Numbered from the whole stretch's first letter, positions 1 through 13,611 are shown. The stretch: 61,433 nucleotides of DNA, filler included, from Dimargaris cristalligena (GCA_003614675.1; 2 parts of 2 records of this genome joined end to end with filler, not necessarily neighbours in it), one strand, 5' to 3'. Translations and numbers: made by a program. Notes: a model not told the origin generated them from the letters alone.

Positions 1-1134
1 TTTCCTAAATTTTGGATTATCCCATATCGTTTACTCTTTGCAGGGTGATATTGATGGCGAGGGTCGTTGGCCCCACATTTGAAGGCCCAACCCGATTAAA
101 AACCTATTTCGATCGAAGATAGAATCTCACCCCAAGGGGCTCCCTGGCCCAACTTCAGATAAGGACTACTAGGCAACTGGGGATCAATCGGGGGGGGGGG
201 TCCTTCTAGTACGTGGAGGGTAGGGTACAATGAATGGGCCTGGGCCAAGTGGCGACGCGGAAAAGATAATACCGGGGATCAGGGGAAAATTAATAGTAAA
301 CTTGAGTGGTATAAAAACTGCTTGTCTTTATTGAGCGAATACCTGGGGGGTATTTATAGAAAATTCGGTTACTAGAAAAGAATATAAACACAGTGACCTC
401 AGTAGGTCACTGTGGTACTGGGATACCCAATGGGCGGTAATGTATAATGAAGACAGTTAACTAGAAGAATATATGGAATAATGAAGGTCGCTAATGATGG
501 TGGCTTGGGGATACCAAGGCTGGGGATACGCCCCAACCTTCTATAACTAAGAAGTCGTCCTAATAAAATGCTGAATATTGGAAGATGAGCCCAGACCGTC
601 GAAGTACCAGTCTGGGCGGGAAAAGGTTGAAGGTCCGGCCTTCAGTGATGTTCTTCACCTTTTCCAAAAAATAAAATAGTTTGACCGGGGTATGATTTTA
701 AGGTTTAAGCAGGAATAGACTGGCGAACATCCCCCGACACGTAATTATAGTCGGGCAGGGTAATAAAGGAAAAGTCGGAAATTGAAAGTGGTTTTTGGTT
801 TGGAATATCAGATTATAATCTGCCATTTTTGTCTTTTATAACGTATTGGGAGGTAAACCAGTGTGTGAATAATCTATAAAGTGAAAAACGAATCCCTCAG
901 CACGAGTAAAGTACCTCTTTGGGGGATTTTAAGAAAATAACTTAACATCAACGTTCTAAGATCATAAAATAACGCAATAAAAAATATGAATAAGCCATGA
1001 TCTAATGGAGGCCAGGCTAGGTAATACTTGAATACCATGAAAAACGGACACATACACAATAGTCGTATAATAGGTTGGAATACAGCAAAGGACTATTTGC
1101 TTACTGCTAATTAAACTCGGGCCAATTGACACAA

Positions 1135-4100
1135 TTACATTCGGTGATTGAAATCGGGGGTATGGGCCAAAAGCCCGCCCTGGATATGCTTGCTTTCATG
1201 AGACGTAATTCCAATCGAATTGAGTACGTCCCGGATCTCAGTCCGGCGATTTTCACGTGGGAAAGTCCCGCGTGTCAGACTTTGAGTCTGCAACTCAGAG
1301 TCGGTATCATCCTGTTCGCTTGAATCGGGTCCGCCCATCTGGGCATACAGGGCCTCCCGTAGATTTTCAACCCGTACGTTCTCATGTTCTTGATAGGGGT
1401 GGCCCTCCAAGGAATTGCGCGCTGAAATATTAGAAATCGGCGCATTGGAAATCGACGTTCCATCGGTCGCGGACCCCAGCGTAGTCGGGGGACTAAGAAG
1501 TGTTGTTCGTGAGGTAACTGGGGATCCGGAAACATTCGACTGGCCCAGCTGAGAGGGCGGTAGGAGCAACGACCGGGTGGCGCCTCCCTTCAAGGCATCC
1601 AGATTCAGCGAAGCCCGAATTTGGGACCGGGAAGACATCCGGCGAGTGGTGCGCTGCTTATTGAGAAGCCCCGGTCGCTCCACAGCGGGGTAGTTACTCG
1701 TCAGGCGGTCCTGCAAATCGGGGTACTCGCGCAGCAACTGTTTACAGGCCGACAAGCACTCGAACACCTTAGAGACAGATACTAGCAACTCAGGCTCAAA
1801 GTGGAATTCGGATAGGCCAGTGGCAACGGAAAGGGGGATGGAAGGGGGGCCGTCGCCGGTGGGTGAGTCCCGAGTGTTAAGGGGAGTGGTCATGGCTGCA
1901 GCCAGGGCACTATCGCCCGATGACGTATTGGTGGTGGAGGAGGTCAAGGTCCGAATGGTGCCGGTTTCGGAATTCACCAACGACAGCTCAAACAAGTGGT
2001 ATTGGATGTTCTCAAGCCGGGGGGCCAAGAGGCAGCCTTCAACGACAGCATCCCACAGATTGACGGCTCGCCGCCGCCGGATAAGGTCCTCGGTGTAGTC
2101 GACCAAAGCCGGAATACCGAATGTCTGGGCAGCATAGAGCAAGTACATAACAATCATGGTGTTCAGATAGACCGCCAGGGCAGACTTCAGTTCACGTGCA
2201 AAGGTCTGCAGCTTAAGCATCATGGGAAGCACGAGGACCAACTCCTCGTGGGTGTAGCGCTGCAGGAGTAGCATGAGGATCACCCCGATACCGATCACGT
2301 CGTTACCGACACTGGACGGCTGCATAGCGTAGTTGAATAGAGCGCGGTGGAATTGGGAGCGGGACTCGATGTCAATCAGGGAGGCCCGGCGGCTTTGTAA
2401 AATGTGCCCACTGGAACCGGGCCGGGATCGGTTAGGAAGCAGCGGGGTGGCCCGGGATTCGCCGTCTACTTCGGACCCATCGTCGGGCCTTCCAAATGCG
2501 GCCACTAGCATAGTGTTTGAGTTCCGGTAGTACTCGGCATTTTGGTGGTAAAGTATGTCAATGACGAACTGAACGTAATGAAGACGGACGTTGATACTCG
2601 CCTCGGCGAAAAGGAAGGTGGTAGGGGCAATCAGACTGAGGCTGGTGGTAGAAACGATCATACTAGGCTGGTGGATATGGGCCTGTACATTGGTACGCAA
2701 TACGCAGGATACGGCTTGCAACAGAGCGATACGAAGTTTGGCAAGCTGGCGGGCGCTGGCGGCTTCCCCGGTACTGAGTGAGTGGGGAATAAGTCGCTCC
2801 CGGTAGGCGGAACTATTGCTAGTGACGGACTCATCGCCCCACGACTCGTCGGGGATCTGCAGTTCCTCCATAGTATGAACGACAATATCGGCGATTTGCT
2901 CGGCGTAATAGGTGTGGGTGCCCAATCCCCCTACGGCTGTAATTAGCTCCGATATGATATCACCGATGCGTACCGGAATGGTGGTCATCATCATGGGATC
3001 AGTGCCGGAGCTAGAGCCACCGGTACCTTGGTGACCGGGTGGGCAGGAGGACGAACCAAAATATCTACCGGAATTGATGGACCCAAAGTGGGCCCCGGGA
3101 CCAAGGCTGCTCCGAGACTTGCCCAGGGGTGGGGAGCCTAAAACCACCGAGCCCAGGGCCAATCGGGAGCAGGAGCAGGGTTGCTGGGAGTCGGTGTGGA
3201 TGGTACAGGGGGCCGTAGGTCCTGGTGGAGGGGAGGTTCCGGACGAGCGGCCCTGGTCAGAGGACAGCCGAGAAGTCTGGGAAGGAGCACCGCCACTGAC
3301 CATGGCGCTGCTCGAGGGGCCACGACCGGCCATTTGGCCCACGGAGCGAGTGTCGCTCCGGGCTTGGCCATTGATGGCAAAATTGAACCGGTCGAGGCTA
3401 GCCGACTGACGAAGGGATGGTCCCTGCATCCGAGCGATTTGGATCTCCTCCTCGTCCTGCAGTAATACATTCACCACCAAGTGGCGTAGCAGGGTGTCAA
3501 GAATTTCCAGCACGGACAGACCGACCAGGGTATACCGGCCATTTAGCAAGGACGAAAGAAGGCGAGCAAGGCTCAGCTTTTTAGGGGCCTGGAGGTAGCT
3601 CTTCTCCAGGCGGGACTGGGTGGATTCGGCAAGGGCCCCAGCTCCTCCATCCGGTCCGGGGTTCTCGCTCGGGGAAGTGGTGCTGTTGAGACCCACGCTG
3701 CTACTAGAGGCATCAGGGGCCCCAGCGGGTGCCGCGTTGAGGGATAGATCCACCTGGCCCAATTCCTGCAGTAGCTCGGACACGAGGACGAACCGGTACT
3801 GGGGTTTGAGGGAGGCCATAATGTGGCTGAAGAGGTGGATGATGGGCTCACTGGGGTGCCACTGTGGGTTGGAGAGGTTGATGAAGCCAATCGTCTGGGC
3901 CACGAGAAAACGGGAGTTCAGGCTGTTGCCATTTTCAACCATGTCCTTGAGGGTTATCCAGGCCAGAGCACTAACTATATCGGGGTTCACAGAGGGGTTC
4001 TGCATACCCAGGCTCTGGACATAGGTCCACTGTAGCTTCCGGTGGGCCTTTTCCCCCTCCGTAGGCCATACGCCGGTCAGATTTTTGAGGATGGCGGGCA

Positions 4101-5136
4101 GGACAGCCTCGAGCTCCCGGTGGCTGTCAGAGATTTGGGTTGCCTCGGAGGAAATGACGGCGTTAATGGCGCGTAATCCGAGGAAGCAGTATTTAGCCGT
4201 TAAATCGGCGGAGGCCTGGTCGTAGAGGGCGAAGGAGGCGAACTTAGATATAAGCATGTTATAGGTTGCCCGTAGACGAAGGTCGATGCCGAGAGTTGAA
4301 CCATTGTGTTGCTGACAGAATTTGACAAACTTAGTAATGCAGAAATTACGAATAGCAATGGATGGGGGAAGTGCAGAACGACGTGATTAGGGTCAGTGTA
4401 TAAGAGGGTCGCGGAGTGGTTAGAAAAAGAGGTGCATATACTTAAGGCTGACAAGGATTGTAGAGGAAAAGGGATTAAAGGAATGCAGGCTTCTCCTTTA
4501 TCTCTGCGGCCGGATGTAGCCACCGTGGGGATTACCGCTGGCCGAGGTATGCTTTACCTGGGGGAGACGACGGCCTCCCCTTCCTCCCCGGCTCACCCCC
4601 GATAGGAGTGGTGTGCATAGATGTGGCGAGCACATGAAAGGATGAATAAGGGGTATTAAGTTACGACTCTCCCCGGTGTCACGGGTGACATAGAGGGTAC
4701 TACTTACGGTGTTGGTGGCGGCCCAGATAAGGTCCAGGTTATCGGTCAGGAAAATAGACCACAAGGAGTTCAGAATGGACTTGGTGAAGTAGTTGAGATC
4801 GGATTGGCAGGCCTTAAGCAAAGCGTTGAAGATTTCCAGGGAAACCTCGACCTCATGGGGCTTGCGCTTGTAGAGTTCGCGCTGAATTTTGCGCTCGAGA
4901 TAGACGCCGACTTTAGCCAGCTTGGCGGGTTTGGAATTCGCGTAGAAGACCAAGTAGGACAGTTCGTTGGACTTGGGTTTGGAGTCGGCGGTGGCAGGGT
5001 ACGGGTAGCAGTTCTCGACTAGGGTGGCATGCTTGATGTAGCGACGCATAATGGGGAAACGGTCGACATGGAACAGCGAATGATGGGCCGACCCATCCGG
5101 GGAAGTGGGAGTGGACTCGGAGGGTGGAGCCGGCAT
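1135..5136 (-). CDS. EFR3: EFR3-family plasma-membrane scaffold for the PI4-kinase (Stt4) complex; 2 exons, ~1207 aa
   Basis: N-terminal KHATLVENCYP...PKSNELSYLVFYANSKPAKLAKVGVYLERK matches my recollection of the Efr3 N-terminus. Exon 1 is 5136-4708 (donor GTAAGT), the intron is 4707-4330 (acceptor TAAG), and exon 2 is 4329-1135, reading FVKFCQQHNGSTLGID...MLISKF in frame with the 1040-aa ORF. Start could be the downstream Met of MRRYIKH. Confidence 0.85.
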
Positions 5137-7338
5137 GGTGAGGCAGGGAAGTCAAAGAAAGCGAAGGGAGAGACAAGGGAAGGAAGTAATGCGCGCGAGC
5201 TGTGAGGGTGGGGAAGCAATTGTAAAAGGGAAAGTGACGCAAAAAGTCAAGACCAAGACTTCAGGGAACGGAGGGTTATAAGTGGAACCAGGTCAACGGA
5301 GTGTTGGGCCAGTGCATTCGGGATGGAGAGAAGTCGAGCGACAAAGTCCGAAACCTTGCAGGGTAGGAAGAGGAGCTGACCAACACAGTGGGCGCAGATA
5401 TAAAAAAACGGGGCAATAAAGAGGACGGTTAAAAGGCCACTTAACCAGACACATAAGAAGCAACGCACGGCTAACGACGAAAGTACAAAAGGTGAAGAAG
5501 AGAGGGGTGGGGGAAGTGAAGGTGTATTATAGTGATTGTTGTGGCACATACTTCTGAACTTCCCGCATAGATGCTATATGCTCTATATGCTATATACTAT
5601 ACATGCGCATTCACACTAAAGGGGAGGGAAATTCGAGGTGGGTAGTTTAGCTGTCATATGCGGTGATGGTGGTGGTGTAGAGCCCACCCTAAGAATAGGC
5701 GGGGGAGGGGATGAGAGAACCAGGCCAACTGACTGACTAAGCCATCCAGCCAATTAAAATGCGGAGAGTCCGGGTCAAGGCCAGTAACCGACGACTGGGG
5801 CACGCGGTAGGGCTATATGTGTGTGGAGGGGGGAGGTTCTGATGAAAAGAAGGGACACACAACAACAGGGCCCGTCTCCCCCCACCCTTCCCGTCGGCCG
5901 ATGGGGGGGGCGGGATGCGATAATAGAATAGCAGTGGCAGTTGCAATCGTTTTTGTCGATGACGCGCGGGGGCCGGGTACCTCACCCGTCTTCACACGAC
6001 TGACCCCCGTCCCTCCCCAACCGCAACGGCGATCGAGCCCTAATGTGTGTCCCCTCCACCCCATTTCCTAACCTCCAATATTTTCATTTTCGAGTTGCCT
6101 AGTTCCCTCTATTCACACACATACCTTCCTACCAAGATGCCGTTTAATAATACGGGAAGTGAAACATGTGGGAGGAATAATAGTAGTTAATTATGCCTTT
6201 TGGGCCGCCACTGCTGGGAGGGCGGAAGGAGGAGGGGGCTATACCTCCAAGATTCATCACCATAATCACTTCCGGGAACAGTGGGAACCAAGAAGTCATG
6301 TGAAGTCCACTAGGGCATCTGTTGGGACTATAAACAAGCACGGCCAATAGTAATAGTGACCGTCCTTCTCCCATCGGGCCGACATAAGAAACCCCTAGGT
6401 TGGCTGAGCTGCGTAAGCCCCCCCCCCCCGCTCCCCCACTCTAGAAAGTACAGTTAAAACTTTGAAAAGGGGCCTTGGTATCCTCGATTGGGCCCTTCAG
6501 TCGTTTGTTATGACTTGCAATGTTAAATAACGACAGTACACACCTACCTACTCTTTATTCCTTTAACCACCTGTACAGTACGATCATCGATGCTACCCAG
6601 TGTCTAAAAGTCTAGTCGAGCAATATCACCTGATTCTGGATCTGATTTGAAAAGGCTATTTTATTGCAACCACACCCTGCCAAACTCCTATTTCCTTTGT
6701 TTATCTTCCACCCTAACAGCAATTACAAATATTGCCACAGAAGCACCGCCCCTCCCCTCCGGGTGATACCGCCAGATTCATTCCTGAAACCATGCCGCGG
6801 AACACTTGGTAGTTAGCCACATAAGCTCATCACTGTATAAATAAACTACCCAAGAGGGATGGGGAAATTTGGTTTTATGGTAAAGATTGGGGGGCTACGT
6901 AGGTTGAGTGGATGCACATAAGGGTTCAAATGATTAAATAGCTAGTTTTGAAAGGGAAGGGTTGCTCTATAACAGGTGTATATGTATGGTGTCAATAGAC
7001 GCGGCACTTTTTAACCCCTGTTCCGAAGAAATACGGAAAATGTTTCCCCCGCTAATGCACACCAGTCATCCTTTTAGTTTCCGACTACCGTAGGCGTAAA
7101 ACCGGGGATCAGGTCAGCGAAAACGAAAATGAAAAAAGTATAGAGAGGCAAAAGGTAGTATATAAATAGGGAAAATAATAAAGTTTTACATGAAAGAAAC
7201 AACAATATGCCATCACTAATCCGGACAGAGGGGGCACAATATGTAACACTGTGGAGCTATCAAACAACACACCCTGGTACACTTCTGTAGAGCAGATTGG
7301 CATCCACCAGAAGAATCCCCCGAATACCGTCGGGAACC

Positions 7339-9351
7339 TTATAAAGTCTCCTCCATGACCTTATTTTCACCCAGAAGCATCTCGTGCAAGGCCTTACCAC
7401 CGGGTACCATGGGGTAGACATGGTCCTTCCTGTCCACCATGACTTCCAGAAGCACGGGTCCGTCGTGGTTCAGGAACTCCTCGAGGCTGGCCTTGACCTG
7501 CTCGGGGTCGGTACAGCGCATACCCCGCACGTCCATGGCCTCGGCCAGTTTAACAAAGTTGGGATTCCGCATGGGAGTTCCACTGTACCGCTCCGAGTAG
7601 AAAATATCCTGCCATTGCTTAACCATACCCTGGAACTCGTTATTGAGAACCAACACCTTGACACCGATATTGTACTGGCTCATGGTGGCCAGTTCCATGG
7701 CAGTCATGCTGAACGAGGCGTCCCCGTCAACGTCAATGACCACCTTGTCGGGCTGGGCCACCTTGGCACCAATGGCCGAGGGTAGGCCGTAGCCCATGGT
7801 ACCTAAACCACCCGAAGTAATAAATGTACGGGGCTGACGCCAGCGAATGTACTGGGCGGCCCACATTTGGTGCTGGCCGACACCAGTGGTTACGATGAAA
7901 TCCTGTTTCCGGCTGTGGAGCAGTTCATTGAGCTGCTCAAGCACGGCCTGGGCCCGGATAGGGTGGTGACCGGGAGTGGTGGTCGCAGTACGGTTAAAGG
8001 TGAATGGGTAGGTCTTCTTCCAGTGGGCAATCTTGCTCAGCCAGGCGGACCGGTCGCATTGCTTAAGCATGGGAAGAAGGGTCTGGAGGTTTTGGGTCAC
8101 GTCACCTTCGACGGCGTAGTGCACGTCGACGACTTTGTTGATATTTTTGGGCATGATATCAAAGTGGACAATGCCACCACGACCTTCGTCGGCAGCACGG
8201 CGGGCGGCGGGGGCGAATTTCTTGATGTTACCGGTAACACGGTCATCGAAGCGAGCACCGAGGGCCAGGATCACATCGGCGGACTGCATGGCCAGATTGG
8301 CGTAGGCGGAACCGTGCATACCAAGCATGTGCAGACTGCGCGGGTCAGTCTCGTCGAAGGAACCCAGGCCCATGAGGGTGGTGGTGACGGGGATGTTGGC
8401 AATGTCGACGATTTGCTTGAGCACGGCGGGGCCATCGGGGGAGCCCATGATGCCCTGGCCTACGTAAAGCACGGGGCGCTCGGCCTTATTGACCAATTCG
8501 GCAATGCGGGCCATGCTGCTCTGAAACTTGGCCTGGGATTGGGTTTCGTGGCTGGGAGCAGCGGGGCGGGAAGGGATCGTGGGGGCGATCGGGATAGGGC
8601 GGTTCAGGATACCGGCGGTGACATCCTTGGGCAGATCAACAAGGACGGGGCCGGGGCGGCCGGATGTGGCGATTTCAAAGGCCTCGTTGATGCGGCGGGG
8701 CAGATCGGCGATATCCTTGACCATGACGTTCCATTTGGTGCAGGAACGGGAGATACCCACTACATCGGCTTCCTGGAAGGCATCACTACCAATGGACGTA
8801 GTGGGGACTTGGCCACAGAAGACCACCATAGGAGTACCGTCGGAGAGGGCATCCTGCATAGGGGTGACCACGTTGGTGGCACCCGGACCGGAAGTCACTA
8901 ATACCACGCCGGGCTTACCGGTAGCGCGGGCGTAACCCTCGGCCATATGGCCGGCCCCCTGTTCGTGGCGGGGAAGGATGAACTCAAATTGATCCGATTC
9001 ATAAATAGCGTCAAACACGGGCAGAATAGCTCCGCCTGGGTAACCAAAGATGTGCTTCACCCCCTGGCGCAGCATCATTTCATGGAATATCTCACCGCCC
9101 GAACGACCCACGAAGGAGTCGTCAAACCGGTGGGGGTCAGCTGGGGAAGTAAACCGGGGGGCTTCCAGCGGTTGAACTTTGCCAGCGGCGGCAGCGGTCG
9201 AGGCTTGGGCTGAAGAAGCAGTAGTATTGGGTTGGACCACACGGGGCTGTGCGGTGGACAGGGCCCGGAAACCCTGAGGCCGGAGGGCAGCGGCGATGGT
9301 GGACCGGCCTCGGATGGCCCGGGTTAGGGCAGGCATTGAACGGGGAAACAT
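7339..9351 (-). CDS. ILV2: Acetolactate synthase (AHAS) catalytic subunit, mitochondrial; single exon, 670 aa
   Basis: Motifs [59 protein letters not shown] and the ThDP-binding GDASFSM...NNEFQGMV; Arg/Ala/Ser-rich N-terminal presequence. Confidence 0.97.
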   Translation of the reverse strand: MFPRSMPALTRAIRGRSTIAAALRPQGFRALSTAQPRVVQPNTTASSAQASTAAAAGKVQPLEAPRFTSPADPHRFDDSFVGRSGGEIFHEMMLRQGVKHIFGYPGGAILPVFDAIYESDQFEFILPRHEQGAGHMAEGYARATGKPGVVLVTSGPGATNVVTPMQDALSDGTPMVVFCGQVPTTSIGSDAFQEADVVGISRSCTKWNVMVKDIADLPRRINEAFEIATSGRPGPVLVDLPKDVTAGILNRPIPIAPTIPSRPAAPSHETQSQAKFQSSMARIAELVNKAERPVLYVGQGIMGSPDGPAVLKQIVDIANIPVTTTLMGLGSFDETDPRSLHMLGMHGSAYANLAMQSADVILALGARFDDRVTGNIKKFAPAARRAADEGRGGIVHFDIMPKNINKVVDVHYAVEGDVTQNLQTLLPMLKQCDRSAWLSKIAHWKKTYPFTFNRTATTTPGHHPIRAQAVLEQLNELLHSRKQDFIVTTGVGQHQMWAAQYIRWRQPRTFITSGGLGTMGYGLPSAIGAKVAQPDKVVIDVDGDASFSMTAMELATMSQYNIGVKVLVLNNEFQGMVKQWQDIFYSERYSGTPMRNPNFVKLAEAMDVRGMRCTDPEQVKASLEEFLNHDGPVLLEVMVDRKDHVYPMVPGGKALHEMLLGENKVMEETL

Positions 9352-9585
9352 GGCGCAGGTTAAGGTCGCGACGTGTGTATGTGGTTGGGTAATATATGCA
9401 CGCTAGTGGAAGCAAAAGGTAGTAGTAGTATAGGGGTGTCTTTTTGGGCACGACGAGTGGCCAGTAAACAGTCAAGTCACGGACAGGGTAGTTGTTACAC
9501 AGAGGAGAGGGAGTGAAGAAGTCACCAGCCTAAGTAGATTGAGGAGGTTAAAGTAAGTAAGTAGGTTAAGTATACAACAACCGGC

Positions 9586-10526
9586 GATAAGAACAGGGAA
9601 AACCTTAAGGGTTTAAGTAGTGAAGAAAAAGGGGCAAAGTTTCGATAATTAGTACACGGGGTCCCGTTACGTTGTTAGTCAAGGACGAAAAGAATCAATA
9701 CGCGGAGGGTCTGGAGCTAGGGGCACCGAGCCGCCGCTATTTAAACCGGCGTGTCCAGAAAAAAACCCTTCCACTCCCAGGGCGAAAACCCACTCTGGCC
9801 AATCGGAGGGTCGGATGGTGCTCTTGCTGGGAAGGCACACCGCACCCCCACTTAGACACAGCCCTTGCGCGTGAAAGGAGGATTAGTATATACTATACTA
9901 CACTTACTAATAGGGCACTCATTCATTATAGAGATATGGAATATATAGTACCTACCTAAGATAAGTAAAATAGTAGGGGATATTTTCTTCTCCCACCATT
10001 CCCTGAATAAACGTCTAATTGTTATAAACAGGCGGGTGACTCATTGGCTCACCACTCCAGCAAACTGGCCCAATTCGAGACCAAGTTGACTCACTACCCG
10101 TCACCCATACTTATCACCCATCCAATCGTATCCCCCGTCTTATCGCTGCCCATGCCCCTTATTCCCCCCCCATCCTGACTGATGTTTCGTCGCCAACATA
10201 TGCGGGAGGGGGGTGGGTCTGCCTTATCAGACGCCTCATTTGGTATCTATATCTACACCTATACCTCGGCCACGCACCAGGGGTAGAACAAGAGATGCTG
10301 CATCCCTGACCAGCCATGCATACCGCCAGTATCTCAGATGAAGTAGAGTTTTATTTAAAGTGGATCTAAGGCAGGCGACCTTTTGGTCATAACCCTAATC
10401 CACAGGGAACATATTAAAGGATAGATGGCTCAAAATCCCTCAAAAGCTCAGATGGAGAGGGAAAAGACAGGAGGTCGCTAGTATCTCAAATGAGTCCGAT
10501 TGTGTAGTCCACCAGCCTGCCTTATC
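9586..10526. promoter_or_regulatory. ILV2 upstream region with two TGACTCA (Gcn4/CpcA-type) sites and six GATAAG/CTTATC GATA-factor sites
   Basis: TGACTCA at 10037-10043 (GTGACTCAT) and 10087-10093. GATAAG at 9586 and 9960; CTTATC at 10110, 10139, 10223 and 10521. Function is inferred from motif identity only. Confidence 0.55.
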
Positions 10527-11375
10527 AACCCCCCTCCCTATCTTAGTTAGAATATCTTTAATAGTATACCCAAATGGCAATACTATATAGCAATCGGTTA
10601 TACTTCACATATTTTCACCAGCCAGCTAGTCTAATTTACCCTTAAATAGCCAGACGTTTTCGTGACTCTCCAAATTAACACACACATCAGCAACCCAGTA
10701 AATCACTCTATTATTAACTCATTGATGGTTACACGATAACCACGAGCCTATTCATGGGCTAGCATAGCCAGCTATGCGGGTTTAGGCCTGCAGTACCGGT
10801 GGAATTGCTGAATGGAACTACATCTCCCGCCAGAGAGCAAAATCTGCCATCAGATTAATTAGCTGGCTTACCCACTGGCGGCATTCATCCCCGATATAAT
10901 CAGTCCCCTCTCCGACCCACCCCCGCATGTATTAATCAAACTGGTGCATCCCCCCATTGGTCAATCCCTTTGAATAATATCCCGTTATATATGCGCGCAT
11001 ATACTATCATTTAAAGAGTGCTCCTTGTTTGGGTCATTTTGTTATGATACCATGGCTATAAATGCTATGAATCGCATTTACACTTTCTCACTCCTCTTTA
11101 ACTATTTAAAATCTTTCGAGCACGTTTCTTCTCTATGGACTCCACACTCTATTCATACATATAGCACCACCATCAATGTGTTGACCCAAATATAGCCTGA
11201 GCAGTGCAAGCATGATTGCACATCAACCTCAAGTCAAGGTAATCGCATAAATTAGAAAAATTCACAAAATAGCGCATAAACAGAAATCAACAGAGTGACA
11301 ATAGCCAAAAGCATTTCCAAATTGTAATTTTATATTCCATGCGGCACCAGTCTGCCCAATACATAGCACAAACAT

Positions 11376-12648
11376 TTAACCAGGGGGGAGCATACTGACA
11401 TCCACTACCGAGTTCGCCTGGACGGGTTCCTCGGCCGCTTCCTCTTGGTACATGGACAGATTCTGGGACCGGGGCATCACCATCAAACCACTGCGTACGG
11501 CCTCCAAAATCCCGAACGGGCGGATCAGGGCAAGGAAGGCGTCGATCCGCTCACTCTTGGCGCTCAGTTCAATGGCCATGCTTTCCGCCGAAACATCCAC
11601 CACCCGGCCCTGGAAAAGGGACGCAAGCTCACGCAGGGCCTGTAGATTACGGTGAGAGTACATGAGGGGTTCGGACGAGAGGGCCTGTGGTGCCCCGCCT
11701 TCTTCCTGATCCATACCGCTGGTACTACGGCCTGAGTCCGTATTCCCGTCGTCGCCCTTGTAGGCAGGCACGTGGCCCATTTCCTCTTTACTGTGGCGGT
11801 AGGCGCGCATCTGGCGGATGGCCATCTCGGGCCCCAAAATGGACACCTTGGCCAGGAGCAGTTCCCGCTGGATCAGCTGCGTATCCGTGTAGTCCAGTAC
11901 CGCCCAAATGGGTACGAGATCCTCGAGCTGGCGCTTGGCCTGTTCCATCACTACCCGGTCCCCCTTGAGGACAATGGTCATACGGGACAGTCCCGGTACC
12001 TCGGTTTTGGAGGCCACGAGCGTATCAATACTGTACCCCCGCGCGGCCATGATACCGGTGACCCGACTTAGCACACCAGGCTCGTCCTGGGCCAGGCAAT
12101 CCAGAATGTGCTTGCGCTCGCTCGTGCTCTTGCTGATTGGGGTATTATAAAGGATGTTGGAGACGGCCTCCTCGGCCGTGATCTGGGGCGGCGCGGCAAA
12201 CCGCTTACGGTTGGGGTGGCTGAGTTTGCCAGCATGGGGATGGGACAGCTTGTAGGAGTTGGCTTTGGTAGATGAGTCGTTGCTCTGGTGGCGAATCGGC
12301 TGTTTGGCCCACGCGGCACACATGGGATTATCATACCACACCGCAGAGGACAAATGCAATTTTTAATCAAGCAGAATTGGTGAGATATGGTAACACGGGG
12401 TAGAGGGGGGTTAGTTACGGGCATACACACTCGGAGTCTACCTGCGCCAAAGGATAGGTCTCTCTCCCGTCTTTTCTTTTGTCAGCTTTGGTACAAATCC
12501 ACCAGGGGGAACAACCCCGCCTGTGTGGCCCTTTGGTGACTTGGCGACTTGGTGACGAAGGGAGGGGGGTGCTTACCTGAAGGAACCAACTGGTCGGGGC
12601 CACTCGCGTGGCCGCCACCCGCTGACGAATGGCGAGGGAGAGTAGCAT
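11376..12648 (-). CDS. ILV6: Acetolactate synthase small (regulatory) subunit, mitochondrial; 2 exons
   Basis: EAVSNILYNTP, ACT-domain QDEPGVLSRVTGIMAARGYSIDTLV, QAKRQLEDLVPIWAVLDYT, RELLLAKVSILGPE and C-terminal VDVSMLPPG are typical of fungal Ilv6. Exon 1 is 12648-12577 (MLLSLAIRQRVAATRVAPTSWFLQ, donor GTAAGC), the intron is 12576-12300 (CAG acceptor, position less certain), and exon 2 is 12299-11376. Confidence 0.93.
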
Positions 12649-12850
12649 GCGGGTCGGAGTAGATGAGCCCAACGAAGTGAGCTGAATAATGGCAGGGAGT
12701 AAAAAGAACAACAACTGATACGGCGACAAATCAATACTGTCTATCAAATTTAATACAGGGAAAAGAGCCCCCCACTAGCAGGGGCCGGTTTAGCGCGTTT
12801 TATAGCCGTATCATACCCCCGACTGGGATTATCAAAACCAACCATTATTG

Positions 12851-13050
12851 TGACTCAATAATGTTACGGAATAGACGCACTAGAGCTGGATGCAAGGGAG
12901 CCCTCCTAAAGGTATGGTATAGAATGTGACCTTTTCCACTCACTGTCTTCTCTCCATTATGACCAACTGGGTTGCCACCTAAAAAGTGAGTCACACCAGT
13001 CATTGGACCGTTTGGCCTAGTCCAATACTATACTTGGCCTATCACGTGAT
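12851..13050. promoter_or_regulatory. Divergent ILV6/PPR intergenic region with two Gcn4/CpcA-type sites and a palindromic E-box
   Basis: TGACTCA 12851-12857, TGAGTCA 12987-12993 (GTGAGTCAC), ATCACGTGAT 13041-13050. Confidence 0.55.
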
Positions 13051-13611
13051 ACTAAGACGGCCTAGCTACTCATTCCCCCGTTCTCCCAGCCTTAGTATGT
13101 TCCAGTTATATTATATGCGGACCCCTCCCAAGGTTAGTATGGTTGGTTGGGGAACAGATTATCCATAATGAGAATACACACAAAAGAAAGACACCACCAA
13201 CCAACAGGTAGATAGATTATTAATGCTAACTGGCCAGTCAGCCACACCATCTAAACCCCCATAGCCATACGGGGGGCCCTTTAGACCAGCTCAAAATACT
13301 GACGGTACAGTGTGTGAGATTATTAGGAATGTGTGGGTGTACTTGTAAAGTGGTGGGCAGGGCTCTGTAGAATTCCCGTCACTCCTGCTTCTTTGTCTTG
13401 GCCGAGTCCACCTTTACTACCGCTATACCACCTCTCTTTATATGTACGTCTTCGGTTGTAATTTTAATCCGTGGATCTTCATTAGTTTCGTTGAATCTCT
13501 TGTCAGACAGCTGGTTAGTGTAGTCTCGATCTCCACCTACTCTACAGAGTGCTTCCATTATCCCCCAGCTATTGTCGTGTCTACTTTATCCGATTCATCG
13601 CCAAATTCGCC

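Noticed and set aside
35-110. Minus-strand peptide GWAFKCGANDPRHQYHP reminiscent of a gag zinc knuckle
   Set aside because: Only one of the four CCHC ligands is in place and there is no ORF or other retroelement domain; too weak to call.
7867-8901. 344-aa plus-strand ORF and similar long antisense ORFs (17134-18252, 44169-44870, 55226-56020)
   Set aside because: They are antisense shadows of GC-rich, codon-biased genes (ILV2, CYC8, SPT8, ILV3) and show no recognisable motifs.
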